29,423 nucleotides of DNA. Source: a virus. Taxonomy: Duplodnaviria; Caudoviricetes. Within the stretch, counting starts at the first letter, position 1. Every line of letters starts with the position of its first letter. The notes beneath the pieces were generated by a model that was not told the DNA's origin, ran no database searches, and saw only the letters and a list, made by a program, of their open reading frames with translations. The stretch lies in the IMG/VR virus record IMGVR_UViG_3300037484_000601, positions 1 through 29,423 of that record. One strand, given 5' to 3'. Below are positions 25,353 to 29,423 of this stretch, piece after piece. The translations under genes were made by a program, and so were the position numbers.

Positions 25353-27314
25353 TCAATCAAAGTTGTTGAAGTAGTTGACGTCATTCAGCCATTCCTTGCG
25401 GTCATCAGCCATGCTACCCTTAAAGGCGAGGTTGATACCGGCAAAGTCAACAGCTTCCAGCTTACCGATGCGAACAAGGTAGTTCTCGCGATTCTCAAGG
25501 ATCTTCTTGAAACGCGGGGTCTTGAACTTACCCAGTCCTTTGAAACGAGTTGCTTCATGCTTCGGAGCAGTCTTGGACCACTCATCGTAATCTTCGTCAG
25601 TCCAGAACTCTGTTTCCTTGCCCTTGACGGTGGCGATCACCAACGGAGTAGCCATGCGGTAGATGATTCCCATCTCGAACAACTCAGGCCAGAAGTAGGC
25701 GAAGAAGTTGATCAGTAAAGAGGAAACGTGGAATCCGTCCAAGTCTTGGTCGGACAGAATCACGATCTTGCCAAAGCGGAGGTCCTTGACGCTCTTAACC
25801 GGAACACCGATCTTCAGGCCGGTGATCTTCAAGATGTTCTTGATCTCGTTGTTACCGTCATCATTGTTCTTCTTGTCACCGATGACTTTTGCCAGATCGC
25901 AGTCCATGACGTTCAACGGCTTACCCTTCAAAGCGAAAGAGCCGATGTACGGATTCTTACCGCGAGCTTCATGGATTGACTTACGAGCAGAGTCACCTTC
26001 AGTGAGGTACAGTTCGCAGAGGTGACGGTCAGTATCTTCCATCGCATCGGAGAACTTCTCAACACGACGAGGATTCCCTTTGTCGATGTCTTTGCTCAGA
26101 TCACGCAGGCGCTTTAGCTCATCAGCTTTGGCCTTGGCTTCTGCCCAGATCAAGACACGGTCAACGATACCGCAGTCAATGATGCGCTTGATGAACTTGT
26201 CAGAGCATTCCCAGCTTGTCTTGTAGTCCTTGACCTCGGTCATCAGAGTTTCTTTGGTCTGCGAGTCATAACGCGGACGAACGATCGTGGCGTTGATGAA
26301 TACCTGCATGTAGGACTGAATTTCCGTTTGCTTGACGTCGATCTTGTGTTTCTTCTGGATGTACTCGCGCAGCTTGGTAGCGATCTGGTACCAGACGTAG
26401 TAGAGGTGGGTACCACCTTGAATCGTGTGCGTAGTGTTCACGAAAGAGACGTGGGAGAAACCGTCATCAGTTGCAGCTACGCCGATGCTCCAGTTTTCAT
26501 TCTCATCGAATTCGAACTTGGGTGTGTACAGCGCAATGTAGTCCTTGAAGGAGTTAATCTTGATGCGGTCACCATTGAAGTAGATCTTCAGTTTTGGGTT
26601 ACAACCGGCAATATCGTAGACACGCTTGACAAGCTTTGCATAGTTGTCATCATCGAGTTGTGTCTCGATGTGAGCATAGTCAGGAGTGTAGGTGATCTTC
26701 GTGAAGCCCTTACCATTACCTTCGGAGATCTTTGCTTCGGTCTTCTCCATCATGTTCTTTGTCCAAGTTTGCTTGAACTTTTTCTTACCGTCAGAAGTTT
26801 CTACGGTGAAGGATGTAGAGAAGATGTTGGTGAGCGAAGCACCTTCACCGTTTTGTCCGGTTCCGGTGGAGTCTTCAGTATCATCAAAGTTCGAACCGGA
26901 ACGGAGATAACCAAAGATCAGAGTGGGAACGTACTCATTGTACTCTTTGTGCAGTTCAACCGGAATGCCGCCGTTGTCAAGTACGGAGATTTCGCCTGTG
27001 GCATGATCGATCTCAACCTTGATGGTATCAAGGTGTTTGCCTTCAGGACGCTTGGAATGGTCAACAGCGTTGGAGATCACTTCATCGAAGAGTTTGAGCA
27101 GACCAGGATTCCAGGTCATCTCTTTCTTCATCATGCATGGGCCTGTTATCTTGATCGTGCAGTCTCCGTCAGAAACTACTTGAGAATCGACGAAGTAAGA
27201 TTCTGCTGTGTGCGGTTTGACAGATCCCACATACCTTCCGGGCCGCGCAAGAACATGCTCAATATCAGTAAGTTTTCTATATTTCTGTTCAATAGATTTA
27301 GATTTTGTTGTCAT
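25353..27314 (-). CDS. Type IIA DNA topoisomerase large subunit (GHKL ATPase + TOPRIM; T4 gp39+gp60 equivalent in one chain)
   Basis: EHVLARPGRYVGS, EVISNAVD, DNGGIP, GQNGEGA, TEGDSA, LKGK.LN, DQDLDG and RFKGLG. ATG at 27314. Confidence 0.95.
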   Translation of the reverse strand: MTTKSKSIEQKYRKLTDIEHVLARPGRYVGSVKPHTAESYFVDSQVVSDGDCTIKITGPCMMKKEMTWNPGLLKLFDEVISNAVDHSKRPEGKHLDTIKVEIDHATGEISVLDNGGIPVELHKEYNEYVPTLIFGYLRSGSNFDDTEDSTGTGQNGEGASLTNIFSTSFTVETSDGKKKFKQTWTKNMMEKTEAKISEGNGKGFTKITYTPDYAHIETQLDDDNYAKLVKRVYDIAGCNPKLKIYFNGDRIKINSFKDYIALYTPKFEFDENENWSIGVAATDDGFSHVSFVNTTHTIQGGTHLYYVWYQIATKLREYIQKKHKIDVKQTEIQSYMQVFINATIVRPRYDSQTKETLMTEVKDYKTSWECSDKFIKRIIDCGIVDRVLIWAEAKAKADELKRLRDLSKDIDKGNPRRVEKFSDAMEDTDRHLCELYLTEGDSARKSIHEARGKNPYIGSFALKGKPLNVMDCDLAKVIGDKKNNDDGNNEIKNILKITGLKIGVPVKSVKDLRFGKIVILSDQDLDGFHVSSLLINFFAYFWPELFEMGIIYRMATPLVIATVKGKETEFWTDEDYDEWSKTAPKHEATRFKGLGKFKTPRFKKILENRENYLVRIGKLEAVDFAGINLAFKGSMADDRKEWLNDVNYFNNFD

Positions 27315-27336
27315 TACCAATATACCTTCTAGGTCT

Positions 27337-27348
27337 TATTTATAAATA
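27337..27348. promoter_or_regulatory. Palindromic TATTTATAAATA, giving a late box on both strands
   Basis: Perfect 12-bp palindrome between the divergent topoisomerase and endonuclease genes. Confidence 0.55.
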
Positions 27349-27350
27349 GA

Positions 27351-27380
27351 ATTATAACACAATCTTTTAAAGATGTACAC
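27351..27380 (-). promoter_or_regulatory. Early promoter for the topoisomerase large subunit
   Basis: (G)TGTACA-N17-TATAAT with an extended TG. Confidence 0.65.
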
Positions 27381-27386
27381 AAAATT

Positions 27387-28250
27387 ATGATTCCATACAC
27401 CTACAAAGTGACTCATATTTTAACAGGTCAATGGTACTACGGGGTCAGATACGCCAATAATTGTCATCCTGACGATCTTTGGGTGAATTATTTTACATCA
27501 TCTAGTTACATTAGAGATCTTATCAATGTTGATGGCAAAGATGCTTTCAAAGCTGAAGTTAGGAGAACTTTCAAAACAAAACAAGATGCCATTAAATGGG
27601 AATTAAAAGTTCTTAAGAAAGTTTTTAAGTGGCTAAATTGTTTGAATCATGGAGCATTTCCTGCCATTTCACAAGAGGCGAGATCTCATGGGAATATAAC
27701 AAAGGCCAAAATTCAGGAAGATGGTCTGACGATCTTTCAACAAGCTGGGAAGAAGTGGAAAGAAAGGCAGCATGAAATAGATTCTATAACAGGACTTACT
27801 CGGAAAGAATTGAGAAAACAGCGATTCAATGCATCTCTTGATAAGAATGGGTCAAGAAAGAAAATGTCAGAGATTACAAGCAAACGCATGTCTCAAAATA
27901 ATCCAAGCAAGAACCCAGAAACCGCTGCTAAAATTAGTGAAACTCTCAAGCGAAAGATTGCTAGTGGTGAAATTACTACTACAAGGGGACAAAAATTTCA
28001 ATCTATCTCAGACATGCTCTTAGGCAATGAGTTTACCAAAAACACAATTTGGGTTAATGATGGAATTTGTGATAGACGTCTCAAACAAGGAGAATCTATC
28101 CCAGAAGGATTTAACTTAGGACGCTTGAACGTTAAGAACAAGGGTCACAAGTATCAGATCCTAACATGTCCATATTGTACTCATGAGGGCGGAGGTGGTA
28201 ACATGAAACGTTATCACTTTGAGAATTGTAAACATCGGCATTCATTGTGA
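27387..28250 (+). CDS. Seg-like GIY-YIG homing endonuclease with a C-terminal Zn ribbon
   Basis: YTYKVTHILTGQWYYGVR..YFTSS..WE; NNPSKNPE..KISE; WVNDG; CPYC..NMKRYHFENCK. Opposite in orientation to all its neighbours. Confidence 0.85.
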   Translation: MIPYTYKVTHILTGQWYYGVRYANNCHPDDLWVNYFTSSSYIRDLINVDGKDAFKAEVRRTFKTKQDAIKWELKVLKKVFKWLNCLNHGAFPAISQEARSHGNITKAKIQEDGLTIFQQAGKKWKERQHEIDSITGLTRKELRKQRFNASLDKNGSRKKMSEITSKRMSQNNPSKNPETAAKISETLKRKIASGEITTTRGQKFQSISDMLLGNEFTKNTIWVNDGICDRRLKQGESIPEGFNLGRLNVKNKGHKYQILTCPYCTHEGGGGNMKRYHFENCKHRHSL

Positions 28251-28461
28251 ACATGTTTGTTTGCTTTGAGAGCAATTCTTTTAGATCTTTGTAGCCTTGC
28301 TTGATGAGTTCAGCTTTCTCTGCCTTCTCTTCTGGAGAAGCATCTTTATATTCATCGTCGAGATATCTTAACCAGTCTTGAAAGTTATGGATGAGATTGA
28401 GCTCTCTATCTTCAACGTACTTACCCAAAGCTTGATCATACTTTAAGTGAAGAATCTTCAT
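28132..28461 (-). CDS. Hypothetical protein (3' end overlaps the endonuclease)
   Basis: ATGA overlap with the upstream gene; the last 119 nt are antisense to the endonuclease. Confidence 0.6.
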   Translation of the reverse strand: MKILHLKYDQALGKYVEDRELNLIHNFQDWLRYLDDEYKDASPEEKAEKAELIKQGYKDLKELLSKQTNMFTMNADVYNSQSDNVSCYHLRPHEYNMDMLGSDTCDPCS

Positions 28462-29081
28462 AGTACAAAGTTTCGTTGATCCACGTTCAACTGAACGTAG
28501 AACTTTCTTGACAGATTCATCTTCAAGAAGAACCCAGAGTTGTACTGTGACTCAACGTAGAGATTGAGCTCTGGATTGATAACTTCATTGTCGATTAGTA
28601 GCCAAGGAACGACGAAAGTTTGATCACCGATTTGCTTTACGTAGAAGGCCGTGATGAAATCAAATGACTTCCACTTCTGACGCATAGTCTCATCCTTAGA
28701 AGCTCTGCTGAAGCTGAAGAATTCTTTTGGAGCAACGTCAAAACCTTCTCCTTGAAACTTGATCTCACCTTTGAGTCCTTCTATCAGAACATCCCAGCTT
28801 TTCTCAAGAGTAATTGTCTCATCATTGTGAATTGACTCAAGTCCTGCTCTTCTACACAGATCAACGACAGCATGTTCACCGAGCTCTCCGATGAGAGTAG
28901 ACTCGATAAAGTCGCTCAGAGTGCGTCGATCGCCGTTCAAACTTGAGTTAGAATAATAGAGACTAGCTTTGGTGTGAACTTCATCTAAGAAGTCCGAGTT
29001 GCTCATCAGACGAGTCGCATTTAAATAACGGCCTGATAGAGCAGCTCGGATGAGACGCATGCTCAAGTGATCAAGTTTCAC
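28458..29081 (-). CDS. Putative PD-(D/E)xK restriction-fold nuclease
   Basis: GELGEHAV...WDV....GEIK pattern; GTG start after AAGGA. Confidence 0.5.
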   Translation of the reverse strand: MKLDHLSMRLIRAALSGRYLNATRLMSNSDFLDEVHTKASLYYSNSSLNGDRRTLSDFIESTLIGELGEHAVVDLCRRAGLESIHNDETITLEKSWDVLIEGLKGEIKFQGEGFDVAPKEFFSFSRASKDETMRQKWKSFDFITAFYVKQIGDQTFVVPWLLIDNEVINPELNLYVESQYNSGFFLKMNLSRKFYVQLNVDQRNFVL

Positions 29082-29097
29082 TTATGTCCTTGATTAC

Positions 29098-29423
29098 TCA
29101 ACGTGCCAAGGAACAGGACTTTACCATCGTGATAAGATCATGCTCAGCAGTAGATGTATAGTATTTCTTCACGAGAACTTTGTCTCTGATGAAATAATAT
29201 GCTTCGGTGTCATATTGACAATTACCATCAACCTGATCTGCAAGTACACGAGGATCGTCTACCATCAGACAAGCTTTACGATGATCAACAGCATCATAGA
29301 TCTCTTCGGGCAGAACACAACCGACACAGGTCAAGATTCCACCTAGAGAGTACTCATCTTCATGAAAACATTCAAACGGCATCGGAAAGCTTAACTTGTT
29401 AGAGATCAGTTCTAGCAGTGTGT
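29098..29423 (-). CDS. Phage protein, partial at the right edge (possibly PTH2-like)
   Basis: The frame stays open upstream of the track's Met to the window edge (..LLELISNKLSFPMPFECFHEDEYSLGGILTCVGCVLPEEIY). F.E...L.G..T.VG resembles the PTH2-like C-terminus. Confidence 0.5.
   Translation of the reverse strand, partial: TLLELISNKLSFPMPFECFHEDEYSLGGILTCVGCVLPEEIYDAVDHRKACLMVDDPRVLADQVDGNCQYDTEAYYFIRDKVLVKKYYTSTAEHDLITMVKSCSLAR

Noticed and set aside
25050-27332. Long plus-strand ORFs (222 aa and 334 aa) opposite the topoisomerase gene
   Set aside because: Antisense to a conserved gene with strong codon bias; no recognisable motifs or SD.

Overview
Fragment of a large T4-like or jumbo tailed-phage genome. 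It has dense coding, sigma70-type early promoters (GTTTAC/TTTACA-N17/18-TATAAT) and T4-late-like (T)ATAAATA boxes; I saw no tRNA, rRNA or CRISPR array. Left (1-5.3 kb, minus strand): three probable virion genes, including a ~905-aa Gly-Pro-Thr collagen-like fibre. Facing away from them (5.4-12 kb, plus strand): a decayed GIY-YIG endonuclease, a SAM methyltransferase, two GT2+TPR glycosyltransferases flanking an HD phosphohydrolase, and then, behind its own promoter, a thymidylate-synthase-superfamily enzyme with the cytosine-type Asp, an Sm-like protein, a homing-type endonuclease and a nucleotide kinase. Right (12-29 kb, mostly minus strand): Nudix hydrolase, WGR-REG-CAT PARP, C39-like peptidase, Rnl1-type RNA ligase, HslV-like remnant, secreted NucA-type nuclease, dNMP kinase, NDT-like and HNH proteins, a two-subunit type II topoisomerase, a YqhA-like membrane protein and a GIY-YIG endonuclease. 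The best candidate novel systems are (1) a spore-BclA/SgtA-like glycosylation module for the collagen fibre, (2) a PARP + RNA ligase module bounded by repeated promoter cassettes, and (3) a cytosine-modification pathway. All family calls come from motifs recognised by eye, with no database search.
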